From Tubiluchus corallicola (Eukaryota; Animalia; Priapulida), in NCBI GenBank assembly GCA_030141605.1, contig JAQGDQ010000126.1, positions 496,001 through 560,000 of the forward strand: a stretch of DNA of 64,000 bases, written 5' to 3'. The first letter of the stretch is position 1; each line of letters starts with the position of its first letter. Positions 1 to 12,584 of the stretch are shown in pieces. The position numbers were made by a program, and so were the translations under genes. A model generated the notes under the pieces. The model did no database searches. It was given only the letters and a program-made list of their open reading frames with translations, and had not been told where the DNA came from.

Positions 1-1551
1 CAACAATTTTTGCTACATATATGTCACTTAATGGATTTAAACAAATTTATTTCTCTTGTATCAAATATGATACATCACGCGGATGTTCGATGTGAGCGTG
101 CATATAACGTATGCATCAGCGGGTTTTTCTAATATTCCCATTTTTTGGTGTTTCCCAGCTTTATTCTTATCTGATGTGGTAGACTGAGTTACAGGGGGCG
201 CTTTCTTTTTGCATTAATGCCTTTTGTTTACCGTAATATCTTGGTCGTTCATATCAGTCCTACTAATAGTGAAACTTTCTGAAAATAAGCACCAACAACA
301 GGTGAAGTAGGTTCAAATGAACTCAAGAGATGCTCTATCCGCCTCATCGCTTTTTGCATATTCTCATTTTTGTCTTTTCTTAATCACTTACTATAAACTC
401 ATTAGATATGTATGATTGCTATTTCTGTGTACTGTATATTGAGATCGAATTATCTTATAATTTTGTCCATTTTTTGCTGCCATTATGCCACACTTAAAAG
501 AATTTTGTGATAATAGGTCTAAAAAACGCTACGGTAGACAGTAACTGTATTTTAATGACACTATCACTGTAATTGAAATTGATATTATCTAGCACTATAC
601 CCAAGAATGACAACAAATAACAGAAGATGTGCAGGTTATTACAAATATAATACAAAAACATAATGACCTGTGCAAGAAAAACTAAAGCAAATATAAATGA
701 TATTCCTCAAACCATGTAACACAATTTGTAATGACACTAGTAACACACTGATATCCCGAAAACAACCTATTATAAATAATTACCAGTTCTCAAATATGGA
801 CTGGTTGACAGAATGTGCAAGTTGGGGTTCGACTCAGTTCAAGCTCTAATAAAAATGTACTTAAGCCACTTATGAGCAAACTTTGATACGAAAATATGCC
901 ACAGTTAGTAGCGAATGAGTTACAAACAGCAGCAATTTCATTCAGCTTCAAAACATATTACTGGGACGAAAAATGTCGTTTGTGTTATATCTATTACACC
1001 ATGCACTGAAGGGTTAAAGCACACTAGCGTCTGTTGGTTCATCAACAATTTATATAGATTACGACACATGACATTAATATTTCATAAATGGAAATTCCAT
1101 TTCAGTTGGCATGAAATTAAACTTTAAAACGAACATTTTAAACGAAACGAAAAAGTTTATTTGAAATTTTTTAAACAAAATTAAAATTATAAGAATTAAA
1201 ATAAAAAGTGCATATGAATTTAAGATTCGGATGTTCACAAAATTGTTCGCAACTGCGATCACGCTAGGCTGGCCTTTGTAAATCTTTACTAAGGAATCTA
1301 TACTATATTATATACAATATACATGTACAATTAGGAATGTAGTTTTTAACTTTAATGTCCAATATTTGTTCGTAGTTAACTGTTTACCTACCTACTGAAA
1401 ATAATGAAATTTCTGTTCAGGGATTATGCACTAGGGGGAGACAAGATATAAAAATAGATGTTGTTAATAGTACAAAGTCAGGATAGTGTAAGTCACTTCT
1501 GCATCACAAATTGTCTGCTTCTAGTTCTACATAATTATTATCTTTGTACAG

Positions 1552-1659
1552 GATCGTCCAGGATGGATGGCGACCTGGATAATAATGGCAATTTCTCTAA
1601 CAGCTCTGCAAACAGTGTCGATCGTGTACCTCCAAGTTCTTCGAGACCATGTCTATCAC
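1552..1659 (+). CDS. Candidate exon of an unknown gene: DRPGWMATWIIMAISLTALQTVSIVYLQVLRDHVYH (signal peptide/signal anchor-like; ATG at 1567)
   Basis: TCTTTGTACAG| acceptor, CAC|GTAAGT donor, 108 nt, phase 0/0 frame gives a hydrophobic stretch. A second frame is also open, so the frame is inferred. Confidence 0.55.
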
Positions 1660-3717
1660 GTAAGTTAGCAGACCTTACTAGGGCTTAAAATAAGCGTGAA
1701 GAGATAACAAGCAGCTGAAGATTAGGTCACTAGATGCCCATAAAACAGATGCAAAAATATGGCAGTATGATTACAACTGTTGTTTATTATAATCGCGATT
1801 CAGCATATTTCATAATTCACGACAAATAATATTGTAGCAGTTCACAATCATATTCGTATAGTAACAGCCAGTTTGTACAGCCACCTAGTGATTGATTAGC
1901 CAATGAAATTCAGATTTTAACTTAAGGAATTGGGAAGATTTAACTGCGACGATAGTTTAAGCTTCGTTGCTCAAAAAAGAATAAAAAATTAAAAACACAT
2001 TCAACTTAATCAGTTAATCTTCATAATGAATAATTGAATTTTTATTCAATAGATGGCAATACCAGTAACACTAGAGGACGTGTAACGCTGCCCCCCCCCC
2101 CCCAAAAAAAAACTAAATGCTATGTACGGTTATGAATTGCACCTATAACAGACAGCCAAGCTTTTTTTCTGCTTTACAGGGATTAGACAGAATAGCAAAG
2201 TTGGAACTGGCACTACATGCAGTTACAGCAGCGTTGACTGTAAGTTCCGTGATCATATGTTTTCAGTATATTCAGTAAATTATTCGTCTGACTCTAAAAT
2301 CTTCATCTGCAGCAAAATGCGCGGGGGCTTTCGGTAACCCGCATACGCCAACACTCAGCAGTCAATTTTTACTGCAGGATATCTAAATAACTGGCATGGA
2401 TAAAAATGTATCACATCCATATCAGCATTAGATATCTCTAAAGATGTCAACATTAGATATCTTTTATATCCTGCAACGAAGCTACATTCTTTTTGCGAAA
2501 CAGATACCTAAAAATAGGGCTAGTATAGTAAATTGTAACCTCAACATAAAAGGTCAAAGTCATAGACCAATAGTTCTTTTAACATATAAAATTTTTAAAT
2601 TTAAAAATGTTTCAAGAACCAACATAAACCGTCAAAGCAACACAAAATAGCCTTTATAGCAACACAATAACACAAGGAAACTTGGCAAGCATTTCAGTCA
2701 GCTGAGAAAATATCGTGTTGAAAATTAACTGTGTTCAAAAGTTAAAGGTAAAGTAGATGGCAAGCCGATAAAACAACTGACTAAAGCATTTGTGCATCTC
2801 ATGTAGCGTATCTGAAGCAGAATGTCTGCACACACCGTAGGCCAGTGCCTATCAAACAAGACTCGAATTACGAACTACTATCAACAATATTATTGAATAA
2901 TACAGTGTTAGCTTTCTTTGCAATAATATGAATTTTTATTAGACGTTTCAACGTATCTCCAAATATTTTTGACGTGAAAACTTAACTAGCCAATGTGGCA
3001 TCTGAATGCCTATACTGGAATGACGTACAGCAGATTGCTGCTGTCCGCTATGACTCTAACTGAGAAAAGTTTTCTAATTTTTTAGGTAATTGCGATTTAT
3101 GTAGTAGCCTCATACTACAGATGTCTACTAGGGAAACCAAGTTGTCAAGCACTCCGAGAAGAAATTTTGTGAATAAATGAATTTTATTTCAAGAAATATA
3201 TCTTTTTCCAAATGGAATCCAGCAGAAATAAGTGCGCAACCGTTTTATTCATGACGGTGTGGCTGGGAATTCCAATTTTTTATATGTAAAAAATTGGATG
3301 CCTGTTGAATACACATGTATTAAACATTAGCTAGAGCATAATTCTGTTGTGGCGTAACAAATATTGTCTGAGTTCTAGGTGTTAAAAGTTTTCGAGAACG
3401 ATTTTTAAAATGTTTTTTAAAAATTCTTGCATTATATTATGCTGATTTTTATAGCTATGTTGTTAGCTCTTAATTTCTTCTGTCCGTTAGTTGTTTATTT
3501 TTACTTTATATGACAACAGTTATGTACTCAAACGATTCAAACAAATAGAAATATAGGTCTAACTGTCATTCAAAATTAGCAGGCCGGAAGTCACGTACGT
3601 GGCATTTTTTGCGTACAGTCGAGTAACGGGAACAGTACTAGGATCAGTACGCCGATCAGTAGGCATGTACCTACATGGGGTAACCCAAAGGAAGTTGACT
3701 ATGTATGGGTAAAACAA

Positions 3718-4335
3718 GCAACGCCGTATCTACCACACGGTAAACTGGGCAGTTGCCTAGGGTGCCAATAATGATTTTCCCTTTATTAAAAGTGTTTCTT
3801 ACAATAGTATTTATCTAATTAATCAAATAAATCTATAAGAATCGAAGTCTTCACGAGCCGTATGCAGGAAACGAAAGGTAAACGAGTGGCAACATTGAAC
3901 AGCAAAAATAATTTATAATTAAGTATCTGCAACCAAATCACAGTTATAGTTGTAAAGGTGATGAAGTTAGTGAAATGGATGTATATGTGAAAAAGAGGAG
4001 CCAAAGTTTCAAAAATCTTCTGATGAAAGGACTGAGGGTAAATTCAACCAAGAGTAGCAGAAATTTGATCATTTCTGAAGACCCAGGACGTACAATAGGG
4101 TCATAAATTCAATTTCAATTTCAATCACCCCACGCGTAAACTACGCGTAATTAGTACATTATCATACATGTATAAGTCTAACACATAGGTACCATTATAC
4201 TTAATTACAATATTATACAACAAATATATAATTTTGCGGGTGTGGTGGAAAACGAGGAGAAGGGGTTGACCTTTTTGGGAGGGGACGCTAAAAATATTTT
4301 TGCCTGGGGCATTAGTCTATCTGGAGTCGGCCCTG
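3718..4335. mobile_element. Degenerate non-autonomous DNA element (CAGGGCC-type termini)
   Basis: Left end CAACGCCGTATCTA..GGGCAGTTGCCTAGGGTGCC; right end TTGCCTGGGGC...GGAGTCGGCCCTG; degenerate TIRs and a repeated TTGCCTRGGG motif. Confidence 0.45.
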
Positions 4336-4632
4336 AAAACAAGACGGTTTTATACCGAGCAATTCAGCTTTTTCTTGTGTAGCTTTTTAGTTATCGGGTG
4401 ATTAATCTCTGAAATATACTAGTTATTCCCTAGTCAATGACATACCACCTTGTGTTAACGATAAGGCTGCAACCCGTTCCTACAAAGCGTTTAAACGCTA
4501 TTGCAAAATATTTTTTATAAATCCACTCTCTGATTTTTGTCATTTACGTAATTTTTACAATTACGTGACCATGTGAGTTGACGTTATTTATCAATATAAT
4601 TGCATTGGTGATAATGGCCGATAATAGAAATA

Positions 4633-4670
<38 letters not shown>

Positions 4671-4747
4671 CGATGATGATGACGATGGTGGTGGTGGTGA
4701 TGATGATGATGAAGGTGATGATGATGATGATGATGATGATGACGATG
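4633..4747. repeat. (GAT)n microsatellite with GAC/GGT interruptions
   Basis: Direct reading. Confidence 0.95.
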
Positions 4748-5979
4748 TTTATTGTATTGTCATTGTAGTCATCGTTGTCAGTGCAACATCGGTTTTCACA
4801 TCGACACAGCTTCTCTGATTCTCTATGCCTTTCTTTGCTTTCCTCTTTTTCATCCATCCCTCTCTTTCTCTTTTCCATTTCTTCTCGAGGTGGCCTTTAA
4901 GCAGCTGTATTGCCATTTTCGGGTCCCCTCAGCCAAGTAGCTTTAACACATGTAATTATGATTAAGTTACGTTTAGTTATTACAGGTACGCACATTTCTG
5001 TAATTGTTTGAAAGTTCATATGTTAGCTAAATAAAATCTTGAAATCTTGAAATTACGTCAACCACCTTGTGATGAAGTGAATAAGCATAATGTAGCTAAC
5101 AGACAGGAATATGTGCTTAGCTGACACCATTGTAATTATGTTGAGTACATATACATTATTATTATTACAGGGGCCTCAGTAATGAGATGTTTACTCTAGT
5201 ATATGATAAACGTTATGGTGGGAAAAGTATTGGTAGATCTAGAAACTTAACACGAATTACGCTAATTTCAGTATGTCGTTATAAGCCTTTTCACAAAATG
5301 CGTTGTCTGGTACACTAAACTGTTGACATTTTCACGATCATCATCAATCAGTGGAACTGTGAAAAGGCTTATTGTCTTAATGAGATTAAAAAGCAAGTAT
5401 GTGGTAACTGTGTGTTTTCAATGTGAGTTTTTTGGCATTTCTACCCAAAGTTTGCCAATTTCACCCGGTAACAGTTACGCTTTTGCCGTAATATTGGTAC
5501 AAATCCAAAAGCAATTCGAATTTTTTAGCATTTGGATTTCAAAATCTTGTAAAATTAATAATATAAAACAAATCCTGGGTTTATAACAATCTTCATTATT
5601 CTTTTTTAACTAAAACTGATGGTAAGTCATCATCATCATATGCCCGCTACATGTATCCTAGACATTGGGCGAGCAGAATTCAGATTAAAAGGTTTCCGCC
5701 CTCAAGACAGGTAAATACCACAGCAATCCAGCAAAAAACTAGACAGTAGACACGCTATGCTAGCGGCTTGGCAGCATCACTTCCGTTAAAAGTCAACAAA
5801 AGATGAAAACAAGATTTGACAATGTGAATTTCATTTAAGATTTAGCAACACTGTATCTTAGGCTGTTCAACTTGCGAATCAAGGTTTAACTAAATTTGAC
5901 ATTAAAAAATTCTGGGGCATGCAAACAAATTATTTTCAGGGTTACAATAACATTGTTATTTGATTTTTTTTTTAATTTT

Positions 5980-6135
5980 TATGCGACTGTTATAACATGA
6001 CAGACAAATTGTCAAATCGAAAACATTAACGGGTTGAACCAAAATAAAGGAAGTGGTCCATCTGACATTCCAATTAAAATTCTAAAAGACTTAGTAAATA
6101 TAACAGCCCCACGTCTAACCTATATAACAAATCTA
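5980..6135 (+). mobile_element. L2/CR1-like LINE fragment (region just before the RT domain)
   Basis: INGLNQNKGSGPSDIPIKILKDLVNITAPRLTYITN matches the K.SGPD.IP...LK......L...N motif of LINE ORF2. Confidence 0.65.
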
Positions 6136-6639
6136 ATTATAATTAAATTTCTTTTGCACTTTTTAAAGCAAGACATTTTATGCGTGTATATTATGTGGCA
6201 ATTTAAATATTTTTCAGTGTATAATAAAAAACAATGAATGTTATTCGAGGGTTGATTTTTGCTTTGACACACACCTCTCTAGCACACACTAATTTTCCGA
6301 TCTCGCTCATTGTATTTGGTTGTCCATCATATCTACGAATATAATCAATAACTAGTTTAAATATTCCAAAGTCACTACTACTCATCCCGAATAGAAATTT
6401 ATCATTATCACGCAAAAATAAACAGTCACAGCGGAAATAATGAAATGAGATTAAGGAAATTTTAGGCAATTTCTCATAAAGCTTTCCTTATTGAATCTTT
6501 AAATAAGAAAATGTCATGAGACGTGCACTGGTGAAGTGAACCTGAAATTCATTGAGATTCAAATGCAAACAAGATCCTTGAGCGCAAAAGGACCTTGTAG
6601 TAAGTCGCTTTAGCCTTGTTTCGTTTCTGTTTTGTAAAG

Positions 6640-7306
6640 GCTGACTCAGTGAAGACACAACAAGATGCAGGTGAAAGCTCCTTGGTTGAAAGTGATGCAG
6701 GAGAGAGTTCTATGGATGACAATCAAGTCGGGGAAAATTCCGTGGATGATAGTGAAGCAGGAGAACGTTCCGTGGCTGACAATGAAGCAGGCAAAGTTCT
6801 ACGGATGACAGTGAATCGGGAGAAGTTCCCTTACGTACCCATCAACTAGAAGATGGTGAAGCTAGACGGCAAGCTGCTCCACTAGACGACAGTGGAGCAG
6901 CTGATGAAAATACATAAAACGACAACGAAGCTAGAGAAAGTGCACAAGACAACAGAGTAGGAACTCCTAATAAGCCGGAGAAGTTTGAGGCTATATCAGA
7001 AAATATACGCGATAAGTTGGAAAAACAAAGAGAACCCAGTTTGAGAGAATCTCGCCCAAGGCTCCCGAAATGTTTATTGAAAAACTCGACAAATTATTTG
7101 TGCAAAAGTCTAACTTGCCGTCTGTGAGTAGTACACAGGGTGATGAGAGAGCAGAGCCCAAGAGAAAAATCCGCTTTCTGGGCGTTCTACAGAACTTGCA
7201 AGAAAACAGAAATTTGCAAGCATCTGATGCACCAGACCGGAAGGAGAAGTTTATGGAAATATTTGAAAACATCATTGAGCGAATGAGAAAAGGTTCGCTA
7301 AAATAA
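6640..7306 (+). pseudogene. Disrupted terminal exon encoding acidic 10-aa repeats (approx. DDSEAGESSV) and a charged C-terminus
   Basis: Pyrimidine tract plus AAG| at 6639; 30-nt repeats with codon-like variation; 1-nt deletion near 6793-6795; in-frame TAA 6915-6917; probable second frameshift after 7015; TAA 7304-7306; AATAAA 7365-7370. Confidence 0.55.
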
Positions 7307-8099
7307 TTGGGACTTTGTGCTTATCTCTCAATGCATCTTCTTTATCATATATGCAAAGTAGACTAATAAAACAGAATCATAACTGAAATCATTAGTCACA
7401 TGCTGTGCTAAAATGGCATACTGAAAATTATCATTATTAACAAATCATTAGTAAATATGTTAATACATATTTAGACTTATAATAATTATGAATACCGTAT
7501 ATAGTTTTCATGCAGTGAAAACTGACAAGGAAACAAAATTACAACAGTTTTTATAGCTAGATTACGAATGCCTATTCATTGTTAATGAGGTATGTTATTA
7601 GGAAATTACGTAACTCATAGTAATCTGAATCAAGACAGATTTTTGTATACAAATTAAACTATAATATTGAAGCTTTAATGAGAAAGTCCTCACTCTGGCA
7701 TTTGAAGAAGAAGAAATTTAGAGACGCTTTGCTGCAGATGTGGGATATATGATATCGAAAATACAACTTGATATTCTGCGAAACCAATGCTGTATACTGC
7801 TATTCAAAAGTAAAGTGAATATAAGTCAGTAGAAACTACAGTTCTTATAAAAACATTTATAAGGTGATGTCTTTGAAAAAATTTGATTATAATGAACAAG
7901 CAGACAAGCTTCTGGTAAATAATTCCGTGAATAATAAGGCCACTAAAACTGGATTTGTCAGCACATGTAGTTGCCCTGCATCTACCACTATTCAGGACAA
8001 GGAACAAATTGCATGAGTTAGTAAAGCCCCCCCCCCCAACAGGAAACGAGGTTTATGCAGCAATAGACTTCAACTAAGCTAGAAATTCCAGTATTACTT

Positions 8100-8362
8100 T
8101 AATTAGAAGACTGACAACATGATTTGCTGATCTGTCATTCGAAAATCTTAGTTTCAACAGAAATAAAATAGCCGCCGAGAATATCCATTCACCCATTTCA
8201 GCGCATTTACGTAATTCAGAACATGCAGCTACACCAAACAGTTTCCAAGTGCTTTCCTATGCTAACACCGAATTATTATTGGAAAAAGTAAGCCTACTAA
8301 TTGTATGTGACAGACCTTCCCTCAACACGCAATCTTCCGCTTTGCCTTTGTCCCTATTCTAA
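8100..8362 (+). mobile_element. Penelope-like element remnant (C-terminal GIY-YIG endonuclease region)
   Basis: IRRLTT*FAD followed by 8171-8362 SPISAHLRNSEHAATPNSFQVLSYANTELLLEKVSLLIVCDRPSLNTQSSALPLSLF*, resembling the SAI..H...H...F.IL...ESLLI....P.LN.....PL.LF tail of Penelope-like ORFs. Confidence 0.75.
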
Positions 8363-9159
8363 ATATATGTGGCTAGTTCCTAGAGCAATTATGTGAATTT
8401 ATATGCATGTTGTATCTCTAAACAGGAGTGCCGTGGTTAGTTGTTTCTGATAATGTTATATGGAATATGTATTTGCTATTTGCTGGTTGTACTGAATTTC
8501 AAATTTGGTTATTTGGTCTAGTGCGTGCTTACTTGGCTGTTTGACTGTAGTTTTGAGTTGCCGAAGTATTTCTTTGAAAGGGGTTAATTTTGCTACAATT
8601 AAAATGATAAGCGTTAGGCTTCAAAGAAAACTGGTAAAACTGAATCATAACTGAAAACTAAAATCACATGCTGAAATCATTAAAAACACATACTCAAATT
8701 AGTAAATTGTAAGTTCGTTAAATATCATAAATTTATAAGCTAACATCTAGACTTACATGGTTTCATGTATTGTAAACTGACAAGGAACGCAAATCACAAC
8801 ACGTTTTTATTGCTAGTAAACTAACGACGATTTAGCGTTAATGATATGTGTCATTAGGAAAAAACCCATAGTTAGCTTAATCAAGACAGATTTTGCATAA
8901 AGGGGAAAAACGACTGTATTCGGACTTAAGTTGAAAAGAGCTCACTGCAGCATCGAACAAAAAAATACCAGATACTTTGATGCTGAATCGCGAGATGTCG
9001 CACCTACACAAACATAAGCCTGAACAGAAAGAGGTGAAACGGGTAATATAATTATGTATGTTCGACAGTCTCACCAATCTCGACAATTCGATGACGACAA
9101 ATAAGTACAAGCTTCGTCCTCAAATTAGAAGTCATTAGATTAGAAACCCAGGTCATTTT

Positions 9160-9212
9160 GGATGGATGGAGGGATGCAGGGATGGACGGACGGACGGACG
9201 GACGGACGGACG

Positions 9213-9270
<58 letters not shown>

Positions 9271-9300
9271 TAGATAGATAAATAGATAGATAGATAGATG
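9160..9300. repeat. Compound tetranucleotide microsatellite (GGAT)-(GGAC)-(AGAC)-(AGAT)
   Basis: Direct reading. Confidence 0.95.
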
Positions 9301-9822
9301 GGTAATCTAGTTAACTCAATCCTTTGCAACTAATTCACTTTCAGATTATTTTACGCGCAAGCACGTTTAAGTCATTTACAAATAAATCATATCGAGCCTA
9401 TTATTATTTTTTATTATAATTCTTTATTTTTAAAAACTATGTACAACATATATTCCCTCTATGCTTCATATATGCTTCAAAATTGCTAAAAGAAGTTACA
9501 AAGCATTAAACATTTTGTATATAGATAATTTTAGAATATAACGCATTACACATGGTGGAAAACAACGATCATATACAATATATTTAGTTACAAATTATAA
9601 TACATCACAACATACATACACAATAAATGACAACTAGCTTACTTGACACATAGTAACAATATCTAAATGCATTATACACGATGAAAACAACGAGTACAAG
9701 ACAACGAGAATAGTAAACATAAGTACTAATTCTAGTGCAAATACACATAATCATAAATAAAAACAAAACAGCATATAATAATAGACATAATTACACTATT
9801 ACAAGATTATTTAATTCAAACC

Positions 9823-9930
<108 letters not shown>

Positions 9931-11277
9931 AAGAAAATGTGCTTGTTATTTGACATAACGAGTGTGATAGTTCAATCATAGTTCAAATTACACGTTCTTG
10001 GTTACATTTCCACTACTCACGTGAGGGTGTCGCTGCAAAAATAAAGTAAAAATGTTTTTCTTCCTCCTAGCTCACTTCTTGTGCTTCTGGCTGTCTTCGC
10101 ATTGATTTCATTCCGTGAAAATTTAAAAATAGCTAAATGTCACTAATTATGTATTTACAAGGAAGCCAAATATGTAATGAATTAACAGATCTGTAGAGAA
10201 GAAAGAGATACAGTAGAAGTATAGCTAGGTATTTGTAAAGAAAGGTTCTGCCTGTATAACTAACTAAATGTCCATCTCCCATAAAATGATAAATAACAAC
10301 GACTAATGCAGCCAACAGTTGTTAGCAGCAGCTACAGCAGCTGCAACAACAACAACGTCTTCATATGATGATAGCAACAACAGCAACGACGACAACAGTG
10401 AAAATGTGAGCAGCAGTGGTAATTAATGCAACAAAGACAGCAAGATCAATAATAGAGGTGGCCGCCTAGTAATATAGTGATAACAATAATTGTTTGCACT
10501 GTGTGCGAGATTCTCAATTGCCTAATAATTTTCATTTTGCCACTTGAAGAGAACAGTGAGTTAAGAACAAATAAAACACTTTGAAAATTACTGGTTTTTG
10601 CATTAACATTATTTTTGATATGCGGTACTTGTACGTATGGCAGCATCTCATGTTTTAATATGGTGGCCAGTCACAAAGTTTAACAACGCCAAGTTTTCTC
10701 ACCAAATAACTTCAATGGTGTTCATACTCGAGAGTAAAAGTTACTGACACTACATTTCTAATCTGTACTAGAAACGCCGAGTGTAACCCGCCGATGAGTA
10801 CACTAGACCAACTCGCACCAACTGTCATAACTCTTAAAGCAGTTCCCACTTGTGAGTTTGCTGTCAGGGAAAAAACTCGTAACAGAAAACAGTAATATTT
10901 CCATATCAAGTTGCTTAACAAAAGGCCATTTAAAAATTTGGTGCTGCTATCAATATTTTGTATTTTAACGTTCTACCAATGCACATAAAGTACATGTTAT
11001 AATATATGCATGATTTGTAGTGCTACAAAATTAAAAACCCTAGTGGCAATAGTGCAACGCATTTATTTCTACAGTATGCACCGCTTAATAGCTCATTTTG
11101 CGATGAGGAAGTGTTTTGACCCAATTAATCTGAATCTGTTAGCCGATGGGTGTAGCATTGCACGAACCACCACTCATCAGCTTATGTAACGTTTACATGA
11201 AGGCGACGCAGGTTGAATACGCATGTTGCAAACACTATTATTCGCTATTACGCGAAAATAAGTAACACATGTATAAC

Positions 11278-11341
<64 letters not shown>
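11278..11341. repeat. (AAT)n microsatellite
   Basis: Direct reading. Confidence 0.98.
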
Positions 11342-11342
<1 letters not shown>

Positions 11343-12112
11343 AAGACCTTTTAATAAACATTAATATCTGTAGTCACAGTCATTTTACATTAAAATGCAC
11401 ATTTTACAAAAAAAAAATACACGCTGCTAAGACTAAAAAACAACCTAGATAGAGGCATTATTAAGATTACTACTATTATGCACGAATCGAAGATTATTTG
11501 CTGACAGACTGACAGACTCAAAAAACCAGTTACGTGATTTTATGTCAAAATGCAGCTAACAATGTGGTAAGACTATACCATTATTAAAATATTTTGAACT
11601 TAAATTAATCAGTCATTTCCTCTCACGTATTTAAAGAATTAATGATAATCGTTTTTCAAAATATATCTATGAACGAAACTCTGCATTGCCCTCTCAATTT
11701 TCAGCTGTGGTCTAGAATATGTGCATTTGTTATCTCTTAGGTTTTCAGTTTTGTTCGTATATATGTTCGCTTATATATATATATAAAAACAGTGTTTATG
11801 GTCTTGAATAGCATAAGCCATACCGATATACTAGTTTTTCTGAATTAAGTAGCAACATTGTGCATTACAATGTACAACTTATACCTTGCATGGGCTTATG
11901 TACGTTGAGAATCGTTTCTATTATCGTATCTATTGTATGGGTTTTGTAAATTTTAATTAAGTATTAGCTAATGAACTAGTCGTATTTTTGAATTAACTAT
12001 TTTGAGTTATTACATATTCGAACTAACCAATTGTATATTTCATCACTGCACATAGTGGAAATATTGTAATCAGTAATAGTTACTGTGTTGCAAATCCACT
12101 CAAAATAAATAA

Positions 12113-12116
<4 letters not shown>

Positions 12117-12162
<46 letters not shown>
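12117..12162. repeat. (TA)n microsatellite
   Basis: Direct reading. Confidence 0.98.
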
Positions 12163-12163
<1 letters not shown>

Positions 12164-12436
12164 TAGTTTCTAAAAATTTACCAACGACATTTCATTGCTT
12201 TGAACAAATTGCGCTTTTGATACTGTGTGAAGTCAGTAGGGTCTTTGAAGCTACATTTTAGCTCTACATCAAAGGTAACAATTTGAGTTTAATACTTGAC
12301 TGTATTAACTGCTGAAAACCATTAGTTGTTACCATTGTATAACATTTTCATCATCCTGCTCAGCGAATTTGTTTCATGCAATTTTTCCGCGCTTATAGAG
12401 AATGTCATTGAGAAAATACATTACATGTTTTTGAAC

Positions 12437-12584
<148 letters not shown>

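Noticed and set aside
1458-1688. ORF-track frame MDGDLDNNGNFSNSS...
   Set aside because: Overlaps the candidate exon 1552-1659, but its phase does not fit the 6640 exon; the hydrophobic frame is preferred, though not proven.
5684-5710. Possible 27-nt micro-exon (IKRFPPSRQ, CAG|GTAAAT)
   Set aside because: No polypyrimidine tract before the AG; expected by chance.
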